Source of the DNA: Euprymna scolopes
Lineage: Eukaryota
Assembly: GCA_053919585.1 (NCBI GenBank)
Contig: CM132791.1
Direction: 5' to 3' (one strand)
Length of the DNA: 64,000 bases
The translations under genes were made by a program, and so were the position numbers. The notes below the pieces were generated by a model, which was not told the DNA's origin, searched no databases, and was given only the letters and a program-made list of their open reading frames with translations. Shown piece after piece: positions 15,101 through 27,464 of the stretch. How positions within the stretch are numbered: position 1 is the first letter of the stretch; each line of letters starts with the position of its first letter.

Positions 15101-15309
15101 TACAAAGAAGAATAAGCAAAAGATGAACCGGTATATTAGAAGCATCGTTAAATCTGACGTAGTAATTAGAATAAGGACATTTATATAAATTAGGAAAAAT
15201 ACGTTTATTCTTTTATATTTTATATCTTTATATCTTTATTTTATATTCCCTGTTTTTTTAAATTTTATTTCCCCGTAGCTATCCTCTACATTTTTTCTTT
15301 TATTATATA

Positions 15310-17476
15310 CTAACAAGAAGACCCGACATTGCCCGGAATTGAATTATGATCTACGAATATTTCACAATCCTATATTTCATTGTCATCGAAATCCGTGAAA
15401 TCGCAGGGGAGGAAGCTTCACATGCGTCTATCTAGTAATTTAGTCTAAAATATATGTTCTTCTACGTTGCACTGTAGAGGACATATTGTTTCTTTTATGA
15501 AATAATTTTATAGTAGCGTGACCTTTGGAAATTCCACATAAGCATCTTTCATATGTAATATATTGCTGCTGAATATTCTATAGGCGTTCAGCATGAATGA
15601 AGACCCAACCATATTAAAAACTGTATCGCCCACTTACTAATATAATAACTTTGATATATTGCCTCTTCTGAATATTTCCATAGAAACACACCAATGAATA
15701 AACATACATTTCATCATTTTTCATAATTTTTAGATATGTTACTAATTTCGACAATTATTTTTCATAACTTTAACCCGCATAATCGCCCGCCCTTACTGAA
15801 ATAAAAACTTTTATATATTGTCTGGGGTGATGATTTCATTACAAACACACTAATCCATTAACTAACATGTCATTATTTTTTTATAATTCTTGGGTATACT
15901 ACTAATTTCGACAATGATTTTTCAAAATTTTAACCCACATTATCACCCCCCCCCTACTAAAATGATTACTTTGAAAAATCGCCTGGATAGATAATTTCAT
16001 TACAAACACACCAATCAATTAACTCACATTTCATCATTTCATTTTTCATAATTGTTGAATATTGTACTTATTTCGACAATCTTTTTTCATAATCTAAGCT
16101 CATATTATCGCCCCCTCCTACTAAAATAATCTTCGATATCTTGTCTGGTCTGATTATTAGATTACAAACACACTAATCCACTAACTCACATTTCATCATT
16201 TTCATAATTCTTGGATATATTAATGATTTCGACAATAATTTTTCATAATTTTTATCTATATTATATATATTGCCTGTGCTGATTATATCATTACAAACCT
16301 ACTAATGAATTATCACACATTTCCTCAATTTTTATAATTCCTTGATATGTCACAAATTTCGACAATCTTGTTTAATAATTCAAACCCACCTCCCCCCTTT
16401 ACTACAATAATTACCGTGATATATCGTTTGCGCTGATTATTTCATTACAAGCACGCCGATGACTTAACTCATATTTCATCATTTTCGTAAATCTTGGATA
16501 TGGTACTTATTTCTTTATTCATTTTTCATTATATAAACCCACATTATCGCCCCCCCCTTACTAAAATAATAAATTTGATATATTTTCTGGGGGTTATTAT
16601 TTCATTACAAACTCCCCAATAAATTAACTCACATTTCATCATTGTTTATAATTCTTTAATATGTTACTAATTTCGACAACTATTTTCCATAATTTTAACG
16701 CATATTATCGCCCCCTTCCTCTTACTTAAATAATAACTTGTATGTATTGCCTGTGGTGATTATTTCATTACGAACTCACCAATAAACTAACACAAATGTC
16801 ATCATTCTCTATAATTCTTGGATAGGTTACTAATTTCGAAAACCATTTTTTGTAATTTTTAATCCACATTATTTCCCAACACTACTAAAAGAATACTTTT
16901 TGATATTATCTGACCTTATAATTTCATTACAAACAGGCCAATCAATTACTCACATTTCATGATTTTTATAATTCTTGGATGCGTAAATAATTTCGACAAC
17001 TATTTTTTTTATAATTTAAACCACCTCATCGCCCCCTTAGTAAAATCGTAACTTGAGATGATTATTACATTACAATCACACCGATCAATTCACTCACATT
17101 TCATCATTTTTCATGATTCTTGATAATGTTACTAATTTCGAAAATCATTTTTCAATATTTAAATCCACATTATCGGCCTTTCCTTACTCAAATAAGAACT
17201 TTGATATATTGTCTGGGCTGATTACCTCATTACACATCCACTAATCCAACATTTCATCATTTTTCATAATTCTTGGATATGTTACTAATTTCGACACTCA
17301 TTTTTCATAATTTTTGCCCACATTATCGCTCACCTCTTACAAATATTATAACTTTGACATATTGCCTGGGATGATAAAACGCACCCATCAATTAACTCAC
17401 ATTTCATCGTGTTTCATAATTATTGGACATGCTACTAATTTCGATAGACAAAGTTGCATTGTTATAATTGTAGAGA
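15310..17476 (-). mobile_element. Non-autonomous Helitron-like element filled with a tandem array
   Basis: Minus-strand 5' end A|TCTCTACAATTATAACAATGCAACTTTGTCT (17476) is nearly identical to the start of the element at 21336. Minus-strand 3' end CCGGGCAATGTCGGG hairpin...TTAG|T at 15336-15309. Inserted between A and T, as Helitrons are. Confidence 0.7.
15600..17450. repeat. Tandem array (satellite-like), about 12 diverged units of about 130-165 bp
   Basis: The ACTAATTTCGACAA...ATTATCGCCCCC..TACTAAAATAA...TTTCATTACAAACACAC unit recurs, with ATTTCG anchors near 15746, 15906, 16070, 16226, 16356, 16670, 16833, 16990, 17135, 17288 and 17438, plus a more diverged unit near 16508. Confidence 0.95.
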
Positions 17477-17923
17477 TAGAGATAGTGATAGAGAAACAAA
17501 ATATTCCTCTACTGCTCCTTCTTATTTTGTCCTTGACATTTTCTTCTAATTATTTCACTTCCTTTATTGCACTGCTTTTCGAGTTTTAATCTGAAATGTA
17601 TTTAGAATTAGTGTCATCTATTTTGCATATACTTTACAAAATGTTGATTTTTTTCTCTTCATATGACAAGCATTTAGCTTTGAAATTCATGGTCTAAAGA
17701 TGTTCTCCTCACACTTATTTCCTTTTTACTTATTATAATCGTTTTTAACCTTATTGACATGTTAATGTAATAAATTGGTAATGTAATTTTATTCTTATCT
17801 CCTTATCCTTTCTAGGTACTTACTCTTCTAAATTCGGTAGAGATTTAATATCCGGATAGTTTGTCTTTTTAATGAAACATTCACTTTTATATAGTTTAAT
17901 TTATCTCTCTCTCTTTCTATCTT

Positions 17924-17997
<74 letters not shown>

Positions 17998-18447
17998 TAA
18001 AAACATATAGATAAAACCCAAAGAGAAATAATAGAAATGTATCCAGAGAGTTGCAAATAGGGAGATAGATAATAATTACAGTACGATACTATTCTATAAT
18101 ACATTATTTTTCTTAGATATGTCACGCATTTAAACCTATATGATTACTAGTATTATGAATTGAATCACTATACAAATTCAAAATACTGGTAGGAAAAGTC
18201 GATATATAAGGTCACGGAGAAAATAAGGTGGAGAAAAATTAAAAGAGAGAAAAGAAGAAAAAAAGAAACACATATCTTAAACATGAGCAAACTCTAAAAA
18301 AAAACAAGGTTAGTATTTTCTGTGGTCCCTCGATTAATGATTGTCATGATTTTATTTGTTTATTTAACGAAACTAGTAAAAGAGAATAACAGACACAAGT
18401 GAGATTCGAACTCTATAAACGATTGGATTTGATCCTGGTGCACTTAC

Positions 18448-18660
18448 ATAACAAGGGTTCGTCACTATCGAGCTCTACTCCTCTCATATCGTAGAATAGA
18501 GCGAGACACTGAAAGAGGCAAAATAAATTAAGCAAGAAAGATAAAAACATCGTTAAATAGAAAATAAATGATTTTACCACGAGAACGGATTCAACGAATG
18601 AGTTATTTCGGTCGAGAAATGTGAAAGAAAGACGGAAAAAAGCCGGTTCCATTTTGGTAG
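18448..18660 (-). other. Candidate first two exons of a host gene (about 18660-18578 and 18508-18448, 69-nt intron)
   Basis: Donor G|GTAAAA at 18577; pyrimidine-rich acceptor TTTATTTTGCCTCTTTCAG at 18509; donor T|GTAAGT at 18447. ATG at 18487 encodes MRGVELDSDEPLL; an in-frame upstream CAAAATGG lies at 18652. Confidence 0.35.
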
Positions 18661-19030
18661 TCGAGTTTACTGTTCAAAAGAATGGAAAAGTCGGAACTCG
18701 ATTCGCTGGTGGCTGTGACGAATTTCTGTCCAATTCACTTCAATAGGCAAACGAGGCTCAAAGACGTCGGGACCTAATGCGATCGCCTATCGTAAAACAA
18801 AATTGATCCATGCTAATTGCTGATTGGTCAAGTCGCCAGTGGCTTTTGTATAGCAAAGGGAGATGTCTTCTCTTTCTGATCTGTCCACCAAATAAAATGG
18901 CTGCCCTGTAATTAGATTGACAGATAAAAAAAAAACCTCTCTCTCTCGTTCTTTCTCTCATCGCTCTCTTTCTCTTTTTAGGTTTAGCGCCATTTCTCGC
19001 TACCCTTCTCTTAATCTATCGCTTTCTTGG
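18660..19030. promoter_or_regulatory. Promoter-like GC-richer island
   Basis: CTGATTGGTC (CCAAT box) near 18820, AAAATGGC (YY1-like) near 18895 and a (CT)n GAGA-type tract at 18936-18980, immediately upstream of the candidate minus-strand exons. Confidence 0.3.
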
Positions 19031-19496
19031 TTCCCATGCTTTCTAAATGTCACGTAACGCAGATCTCAATCGATTTAACTGTTTTTATTCCAAGACGACC
19101 ACAAAGAATACACAGAGGCATAAACTGGTCTGATCGTCATATGACATGGAAATACTTGCTTTATCCTTTGTGATACAATGTGCACGTGCATAGATTACGC
19201 CTGAGCTTTCAGAAGAACTTTTAGTAGATGACTTGATTTAATAATAATAGTAATTTTGCTAGAACCGTTAATTGTGTTAGCATACAATTTATTAAGTCAT
19301 TCCAAAAATTTCACTACAAGTGAATATATTCCGCACATTACCTACAGGCATGCACGTACTAACACACACATACATACATACATACATACATGCATACATA
19401 TATATATATGTGTGTGTGTGTGTGTGTATTAGGATGTATATTCGGTAAATCACAGGAAAAAGGTGATCAATATGTTAGTAGAGCTAAATACTTTTA

Positions 19497-19672
19497 TTAT
19501 TATTTAAACCTCGGAGCTTTTTTAGTTTAATCTTTACAAGTTGTTTCAATAGGCAGGGCAATACAATTTTGGCTTGGATCGTCTGACGATATCGGCAGCA
19601 TTATTTTATTGCCCTGTCTATTGAAGTAACTTGTAATGATTTAAGTAAAATTGGCCGACGGTTTAATAGTAA
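19497..19672. mobile_element. Fold-back (palindromic) MITE-like element, about 176 bp
   Basis: Left arm TTATTATTTAAACC..TTTACAAGTTGTTTCAATAGGCAGGGCAATA pairs with right arm TATTGCCCTGTCTATTGAAGTAACTTGTAA..GGTTTAATAGTAA around a short spacer. Confidence 0.7.
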
Positions 19673-19691
19673 GCACACACACACACGCACA

Positions 19692-19750
<59 letters not shown>

Positions 19751-20169
19751 CTGTTAGAATCTACTATTAATCGGAACCCGAAATCGGAATATTTTGTAGT
19801 ATTGTAATCAGAAAAATGTGTGCCTATTTTCCGATGCTAAAAAGGATCCCATTAATTATATTTTGTATTTGTATTTTGTTTCAAATAAAATCTTCCACTG
19901 CTGATAGTAATAATGAAATGATAAATATTCATTGATTTTAAACTAATATTAAAACTGAAATTTATATATCACCCCCCTCCAAGTCTGTTTTTACGTTTGA
20001 GAAATATATGTACTTTTAAAATGTGTTGGAAGATAATCGAAAGCAAAACATTTATACTTAAATAGTCAGAGATAAATAAAGGATCTTTATTAATCGTTAT
20101 TGTATCGGAATCGAGAAAAATATAGGAATACTTCCATCATTAATATGTAAATATATACACGCACATTAG

Positions 20170-21125
20170 GTTTTTTTTACAAGATGGTCACCACTTATAA
20201 AGGCACGGAAGCCACTCGGGGATAAGGGTTGTTGGCTGTACGGTAGGATAATGTTTAGATTTGATCAAGTGTCTTACTTAAGGGTGCGGTTCCTCAGGAA
20301 TTTGTTTATGTTTGACTTGAAGACATCCAAGTTGTAGTCAGGTGGGAAACAGGCAGACGGAACAGAGTTCCACAGGCGTGCAGTTCTAAGAAAGAAGCTT
20401 TGTTCATGGAATCTACGTTTTCGTTTTAGCACAGATAAAGGGTGAGGAAAGTTTTTTTACAATGGTTACAGCTAGACGGGCGTTTTTTGTGGAAGATCGG
20501 CGAGGAGGGACCAGTGATTGGAGCTCAGACGAGCACCTGCCAGGGAAGTAACGATAAAACAAAGATAGGCTTGCAACGTCTCTCCTGTAGGAGAGAGGTT
20601 GCAGGGAAGAGAAACGGGCATCCCCTACTAAGCTAGGAAGCCTATTTTGTACTCTGTCAAGGCAGGGTAGAGTGTTTTTAGCAGCTCCTGACCAGATGTG
20701 CCAATATTACTCCATCCTTGGACGTACTTGCCTTTTATATAAATAGAGAATTGCATACGCAGTGAGATATCTTCTGGAGCGGTAGAAGGACCCTACCATT
20801 TTTTCCAGCGACCTTGGCAATAGACTTGATGTACGTGTTCCATTTCAGGTCAGGAGTAAAGGTCAAGCCCAGAAGCTTATCAAAGCAGGGAGCTTCCCTA
20901 GTCGAGAGCCATCCATTTCAATTGATGACAGATGGGTCTGAGAGCGTTGATGATGTAAAGATAGTAGCTTGGTTTTAGATGCATTTAAAGTGACCAGCCA
21001 CCTCTTTCCCCACTGTACCACGCGCTCAAAATCAGAGGAGAGAGAATCAGATAGAACTTTGTAATTTCTGGCCTTTGAGGTGTTACCATAGATGGTCGAG
21101 TCATCAGCATAGATGTCAACGAATG
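20170..21125 (-). mobile_element. CR1/L2-group LINE, 5'-truncated 3' part with A-tail
   Basis: Homologous to 30505-31537. Starts at the YADD region (GTCATCAGCATA on + strand near 21100), has frameshifts, and ends in the conserved 3'UTR plus TGTAAAAAAAA. Confidence 0.9.
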
Positions 21126-21335
21126 ATTTAGTATATTTCTGTTATTGATTTGGTGGAAAACTAGTTGATGCTTATACATTTTTATATTTAATTTTTAAAC
21201 TTTGTGCTGATTCCCTGTGATGATTCAGAGAATTGTATCAGAAACAATAGTATACGAAGTTTCTGTATATCTTCATATTTTGGAGCGTATGAAAAAAGAT
21301 TATTTAATTAAGTTATTTACTTCGTATTCATATTA

Positions 21336-21938
21336 TCTCTACAATTATATGAATGCAACTTTGTCTGTCTGGTTATGAGGTCCTTCTTTATAGACTCCGA
21401 AACGGATGAACAGATTTTCTTAAAAATTTACAGAATTTTAGTGTATTAGTCTGAGAGTGTTCTTAGGTAAGTTTTGTTTCAGAATACCTCCGATAATTAC
21501 CAATAATCGATGGGCATAACCGTTATTTTGATTTATCTATCATCGGTAAAGCCATTATTCATATATCGTCGCGTAGAAAAAATAAGAAAGCAACGGCCAG
21601 TGAAAATTTGACTGTGGGTAAGATAATAGCGTGTTTTCATTTTTTTTTTATAGCGTTGCATGACGTGGTTTGTAGCTTATAACTCTGCACGTAAATTTCT
21701 TAATGTTATTTTTTGTAAACTGGAAAGAAGTTTATATCAGATAATTTTCTAAAAAAGAAATAGTAGGTTCCCTTTAGTGCAATGTAGAAAAACATATATT
21801 TTGGACTGAACTGCATGGACGCGTATGAAGTTTCCTCCCGGGCGATTTCAGGGAATTCGATGATTACAAAAAAATATATGAGTGGGAAATATTCGTTGAA
21901 CACCTTTCAATCCTGCGCAACGTCGGGACTCCTTACAA

Positions 21939-21939
<1 letters not shown>
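21336..21939 (+). mobile_element. Non-autonomous Helitron-like element
   Basis: 5' A|TCTCTACAATTATATGAATGCAACTTTGTCTG; 3' CCTGCGCAACGTCGGG..CAAG|T (degenerate hairpin plus CTAG-like end) running into (TA)n. Confidence 0.65.
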
Positions 21940-22016
<77 letters not shown>

Positions 22017-22059
22017 AGATATGCATACACATATACACATAAACACAAAAACGCATTTT

Positions 22060-22470
22060 AAAAGTAAGGCTTCCTATTTTTAATCAAATAATCAAACATT
22101 ACACAACTACGAACACGGAGGTGGTATCATTAACACACGTTACGATTTGTGAGCAATAATTTTTTTTTTTGGTCATAATCACCACTATTCCTAATTCACT
22201 TTTGCTAGCCTCTTTTTATGACTTTGACAGTAAAGTTTGAAATGGGCTATGCCACGTTCGCCTTTATCGTCATTCTGAAATCGACAAACCCAGCTCCCGC
22301 ATCGACATCAACAGCATCGGCTTCGTAAATGTTCAACAGCTGCCGCTGAATATTGTTCAGCTCAATTTCTGCATGGAGAAATTCATTTATGCATACCTTG
22401 TCCTAACGCATGTTAATGGCAGCAGTTGTTTTCTTAGAATCTCACAAGATCTGCAACAGAGAGATGAAAC
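22060..22470 (-). mobile_element. Mariner transposase N-terminal relic
   Basis: Minus strand ~22390-22250 reads EFLHAEIELNNIQRQLLNIYEADAVDVD then, frameshifted, SWVCRFQNDDKGE, resembling mariner IHRRL..VYG..AVD..TVRRW..RF. Confidence 0.6.
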
Positions 22471-22624
22471 TTTCAGATCACGAATGCACAAGTTAAGTCA
22501 TCAAAACACTACAAAATGCAATATAGTTTGATCCATTCGAGCGAAATATAAAATAGGAGACATCGGTTTTGAATGTTTCTCGCATCTCTCTATCTAACTA
22601 TCTCTGTGTGTCTATCTCTCTCTC

Positions 22625-22695
<71 letters not shown>

Positions 22696-25208
22696 GGGAG
22701 TAGTCACCAACAATGTGTATTTTTTAACATTATTTTATGCGGGGCGAATACGTAGATAGTTAAGTAAAGTTTAATATTCTAACTTTTCAGCAGTACCCTA
22801 ACTTAGTGTATTAATGTTAGTTGTTATAGTAAAAATAATATTTAGGTTTGGATATAAATTCCAAATCTATTTCACCCTAAATAATTTAGGTGACTGAAAT
22901 AGGAATCTAATTAAATCTTTAATTTCCTGAATTGTAAAAAGATGATTCACAATGGTCGATTTGCTGCTAATATCCATTTTTAGGTACGGGCTAAAATAAA
23001 CGAATAAGAATAGGGGGACTTATTTTTAAAAGCCGATTTTTCATAATTTTTGTTTAGGTTTCCGACAACTTTTTGATTGTATTTGGAAGATTAAGGACTA
23101 AACTTAATTTCCCAAAGGAAAATATTTGTACCCGTGATAAAAAAGTTATGACAAATGTTTTCACGGCAAGCTTACCAATTCAGCTAAATTTTTAAGTTAA
23201 ATACATTAATTGTAAACATCCTTTTAGAGATAATATCAGTTTTCTGGGTCTATTTCAAAGATAATTAGTAAATTAAAGTCCTAAGATATTGAATTAAATA
23301 ATAAAAAAACCCACATTGTTTATGCTAAAAATAACTGAATTAGGCCCACACACAGTGATTTTGCCGTTCGCATAAGCACAACAAACCGTACTTTTGGAAA
23401 TACGTAATATACAGAGGTCAAAAATCTGAAACAGTCGAAACGTTGTCTGAGAATGATGTCATAAAAGGAGGGCGAGGTGGTGGGTTTCTTTTTTTTACCC
23501 AGACTGTCATCTCCATCCGTACAATTCTATTGTACATATTTGTATGAATTTACCATTTTTTAATTTAATTATTTTTTCTATGTTCCTGTTTTTAAATGAA
23601 TTTTTCTTAATTACTGGCAAATATTATATAAAAATTAAAATACGCCGAAAGTTTCACATTCTTGCGAGCAAGGAAATTATCAAACTCTTGCATATAAAAT
23701 TCTGCGAAATCTTTAATTTAAAAAAAAGTATAAATATTTTTGCTATTATAATTGATTTTGTAAAAATATTAAACAATGTTTAAGTCAATGATAATATCGG
23801 TAGTTCGAGAAATTCATTTTTCTTTGAGTTATATCGAATTCATTAATACGGACTTTAGAGGGGTTTTTCGTAATGCCCCTGTATTTTTTTTATTATTGTA
23901 ACAAATTACGATGCTTTATTTATATAAAAAAGCAACAGTAAATTCTCTCGTTTATTATTTACTACTGAAAACCATAATTTTAGTGAAGGTATTTTTTGTT
24001 TAAACAAAATAATACATGTTCACTAAGATTTAAATAAAAAATAATTCCGCGATCATTATTTGATAAATAGTGTAATTTTCATTAAAATTGGTTAATTTCC
24101 TGATTTGGGGTGGATTTTTACGAAAAGGGAGGGGTTTATACATCTTGAGCCTCGGAAAGTGACCACATGTTGTTAATTAAATTTTAATTTCAATCGCATG
24201 GTTACATTATAAATAATTACGTGATTAAATCTATTTAAATTTTACCGATTAGAATCTGATATTTTAAAAATTATTTCATACAACATGATAAGAATCTGTT
24301 TACATAAAGCGAGTCCACGACCTGTAGTGGTGAGACCAAAATTCATTTAAGTGAGCTTACGTGATGGTTGGCGGTGATAAATAAATATGCCCCAAAATAA
24401 AAAAAAATGGCAACATCGGAACAACGAAAATAACCTATTTATTAAAGAAAAAATAAGTATAATATTATAATTAAAAAGAGATATATAAAAACACGCATGG
24501 ATACAGTAAACATATACCAAAATGTCGAAGGAATCGGTCCAATGGTTATTTAGACTATTTATAACGAACGAACCAAGAATTACACTTATATATATATATA
24601 TACATACATATATATAATAACGCAGATAATCGTTAACAAATCGAAAACATAATCACAGGCTACATTGGTCATCGATACAGTAAGGTGTACAGAACTAATC
24701 GAAGCAGTTAAACTCTTTCATAATGTTGGCGTTAGTGACATAAGATTATATAAAAACATATTTTAAATCCATGTTGGGTTTTCCTTCTTTTTTTATATAT
24801 TCCTCAGTATTTCTAGACGAGAGCAACAAGAAAAAAAATGCTTGTTCAGTGGTCGCATTATTAATAGCCATGAACGTCCGAACCCTGTCTGTAATTATGA
24901 GGCATTGTTAGCGACGGCCGAAAGGGGCGAATTGCATGGAATTAGTGTGGTTGATGCGGAGCTATATAAATTGATAGCGAATAAAACGAATGAATACGCA
25001 GACATATACACACACATACATAAAAACATGCATGCACATATAAAATGACAACAGAAGAAACGCACTTTTAAAATAAATTAAAATAATACACACGTACTTA
25101 AATTCTTGCTTCAAAGTCTGATAACACTCGGAACCGTACAAAGTAGATTTATTTTGGAATATAAATGATATATACAAATTTAAGTTTGTGTTTCGCTTAC
25201 GCACGCGA

Positions 25209-25282
<74 letters not shown>

Positions 25283-25322
25283 GTATATGGGGCGTTCCAA
25301 AATTTTGGGTACATTTTCGTAC

Positions 25323-25382
<60 letters not shown>

Positions 25383-25660
25383 GCAAGTAAATAGGGCGTT
25401 CCAAAATTTTGGGTACATTTTCGCATTGAATATCCCGACAACTAATAAAGATATAAAAACAGCTATATTAAGAAAACTCGCGTTCAAATTTTTCATTGGA
25501 ATATTTAAAGATGTTCAATATGAGCACTATTGGTCACTCGACATATATCAAACCGATAGTCATATAATTGCCAAATGCGTCAATCGTTTAAAAAGCCCGT
25601 TATTCTCTGTCTCTCATAAGTATATATAAGTTTATATGTTTATGCAAATAAGGGTTTATA

Positions 25661-27296
25661 CAGTGATGATCATATTTATTGGCACGGTAAAATAAAAGTG
25701 AAATTTTGTCTAATAAATTCTAAAAAAGGGATTAAATTAAAGAAAATAACGAAGTATATTATGTATTTTTAACTGGCCTTTCCGATGCAGCAATCGGATT
25801 TTAGAAAAAATAAATAACAAAGGAACAACAAACATAATTGCAAAAAACCCTTGTTCAAAATTATTGGCACGATTTATTTAATAATCAATTGTATAGCCTT
25901 TGGCCTTGATTACCTTCCTCAGTCGCTTTTCATAGTTTACAACCAAGTTGTTGCACTCTTCAGTAGTAATTTTAGCCCACTCTTCCTGACAATAATCCTC
26001 CAATTGAATAAGATTCTTAGGCTTCCTTTGCATTACCCTCAATTTTAATGTTCTCCATAAATTTTCAATTGGATTAAGGTCTGGGCTTTGTGATGGCCAC
26101 TCCAAAACATTAATATGATTGTCCTCAAGCCATTTCTTAGTCAGTTTAGCCGAATGCTTTGGGTCATTATCTTGCATGAACCACCAACGACGACCAAAGG
26201 AGAGTTCTTTAGCAGAGTCTTTCATGTTTTCATCCAATATTTTAACATAATCTTCCTTTTTCATGCTACCTGTGAACTTAACAAGTCGCCCTGGTCCAGA
26301 GGCAGCAAATGATCCCCAAAACATCAAAGTGCCTCCACCGTGCTTCACTGTGGGTATGGTGTTCTTAGGCAGGAAAGCTTCGCCAGATTTTCTGTAAATA
26401 TAAGACACTTTATTATGGCCAAATAACTCTATTTTCGTTTCGTCAGTCCATAGAACACGTTTCCAGAATGCAACATCTTTATCAATATGACGTTTTGCAA
26501 AGGCTAGCCTTGCTTTCAGGTGCATAGGCTTCAATAAGGGAGTCTTTCTCGGACGACATGCTTTTAAACCAGCTCTCTTCAAAACTCTACCAACTGTATG
26601 TCGAGATACATTCACTCCAGAGGTGCTCTGTTCATCAACAATCTCCCCAACAGAGATCCTTGGGTTTTGTTTTACTTGTCGAACAATTTTCCGTTCATCT
26701 CTTGGGGAAATAATCCTTTTTCTCCCTCTACCCTCTAAACTCATAACGTGACCTTGCGATTTGAACTTGTTTATTATGGCTCTAACAGTGGATTTGGGAA
26801 GGTTTAGCTTCTTTGAAATCTTATCATAGCCCTCCCCATTGGTATGGCATGCTACAACAAGCTTTCTGACGTCTTCGCTGTGTTCCTTAGTTTTAACCAT
26901 GGCGATTGAAAATTATAATTTAGTCACTTATAATAGTTTAAATAAATCGCTATCTAAAAATTATCTGAAAAAAATTATTCACTGAATTAGCGTTAAACAA
27001 GCATAATATGGCTATAAAAAAGTTCAGAAAGCACGTACACCGGAAATTGATTGATATTATACTGATACTAAAAGAAAAACAAAGCCGTGCCAATAATTTT
27101 GAACAAGGGTTTTTTGCAATTATGTTTGTTGTTCCTTTGTTATTTATTTTTTCTAAAATCCGATTGCTGCATAGGAAAGGCCAGTTAAAAATACATAATA
27201 TACTTCGTTATTTTCTTTAATTTAATCCCTTTTTTAGAATTTATTAGACAAAATTTAACTTTTATTTTACCGTGTCAATAAATATGATCATCACTG
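25661..27296 (-). mobile_element. Complete Tc1-family transposon with 211-bp IR/DR terminal inverted repeats and TA target duplication
   Basis: TA|CAGTGATGATC...GATCATCACTG|TA. TIRs at 25661-25871 and 27086-27296 differ at 3 positions by eye. Each TIR has an outer and an inner TTATTGGCACG-type direct repeat. Encloses an intact transposase ORF. Confidence 0.97.
25878..26900 (-). CDS. Tc1-like DD34E transposase, 340 aa, uninterrupted
   Basis: Paired-like HTH N-terminus, GRGRKR motif, WTDETK, TVKHGGG, MQDNDPKH and WPSQSPDLNPIENLW. Exactly 34 residues lie between the second D and the E. Confidence 0.97.
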   Translation of the reverse strand: MVKTKEHSEDVRKLVVACHTNGEGYDKISKKLNLPKSTVRAIINKFKSQGHVMSLEGRGRKRIISPRDERKIVRQVKQNPRISVGEIVDEQSTSGVNVSRHTVGRVLKRAGLKACRPRKTPLLKPMHLKARLAFAKRHIDKDVAFWKRVLWTDETKIELFGHNKVSYIYRKSGEAFLPKNTIPTVKHGGGTLMFWGSFAASGPGRLVKFTGSMKKEDYVKILDENMKDSAKELSFGRRWWFMQDNDPKHSAKLTKKWLEDNHINVLEWPSQSPDLNPIENLWRTLKLRVMQRKPKNLIQLEDYCQEEWAKITTEECNNLVVNYEKRLRKVIKAKGYTIDY

Positions 27297-27464
27297 TACG
27301 TAGGAAACGATTATTTTCTGATTTATAAGTCTTAAAACACTTATTAATCGACATACTTTATTGGTATACTCTACCACGTACAATCTATGTGAATAAATAC
27401 CGATCTGTATTAATTGTAGATACACAATTAGTGTCTGAATGATGATAATGCATATTATTTGGAT

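Noticed and set aside
15600-17450. CRISPR-like array
   Set aside because: Whole units are homologous with no unique spacers, there are no cas genes, and the context is eukaryotic.
21211-21256. Hammerhead-like GTGATGATTC...GAAAC
   Set aside because: The core is broken (no CTGANGA) and the stems do not pair.
22948-23356. Transib-like CACAATG/CACAGTG termini
   Set aside because: No matching inverted partner or 5-bp TSD could be established.
24962-25629. Long ORFs rich in YIYI/CVCV (also at 2921-3587, 21815-22048, 47474-47686, 57669-57994 and elsewhere)
   Set aside because: Translations of (TA)n/(CA)n microsatellites or N-gaps, not proteins.
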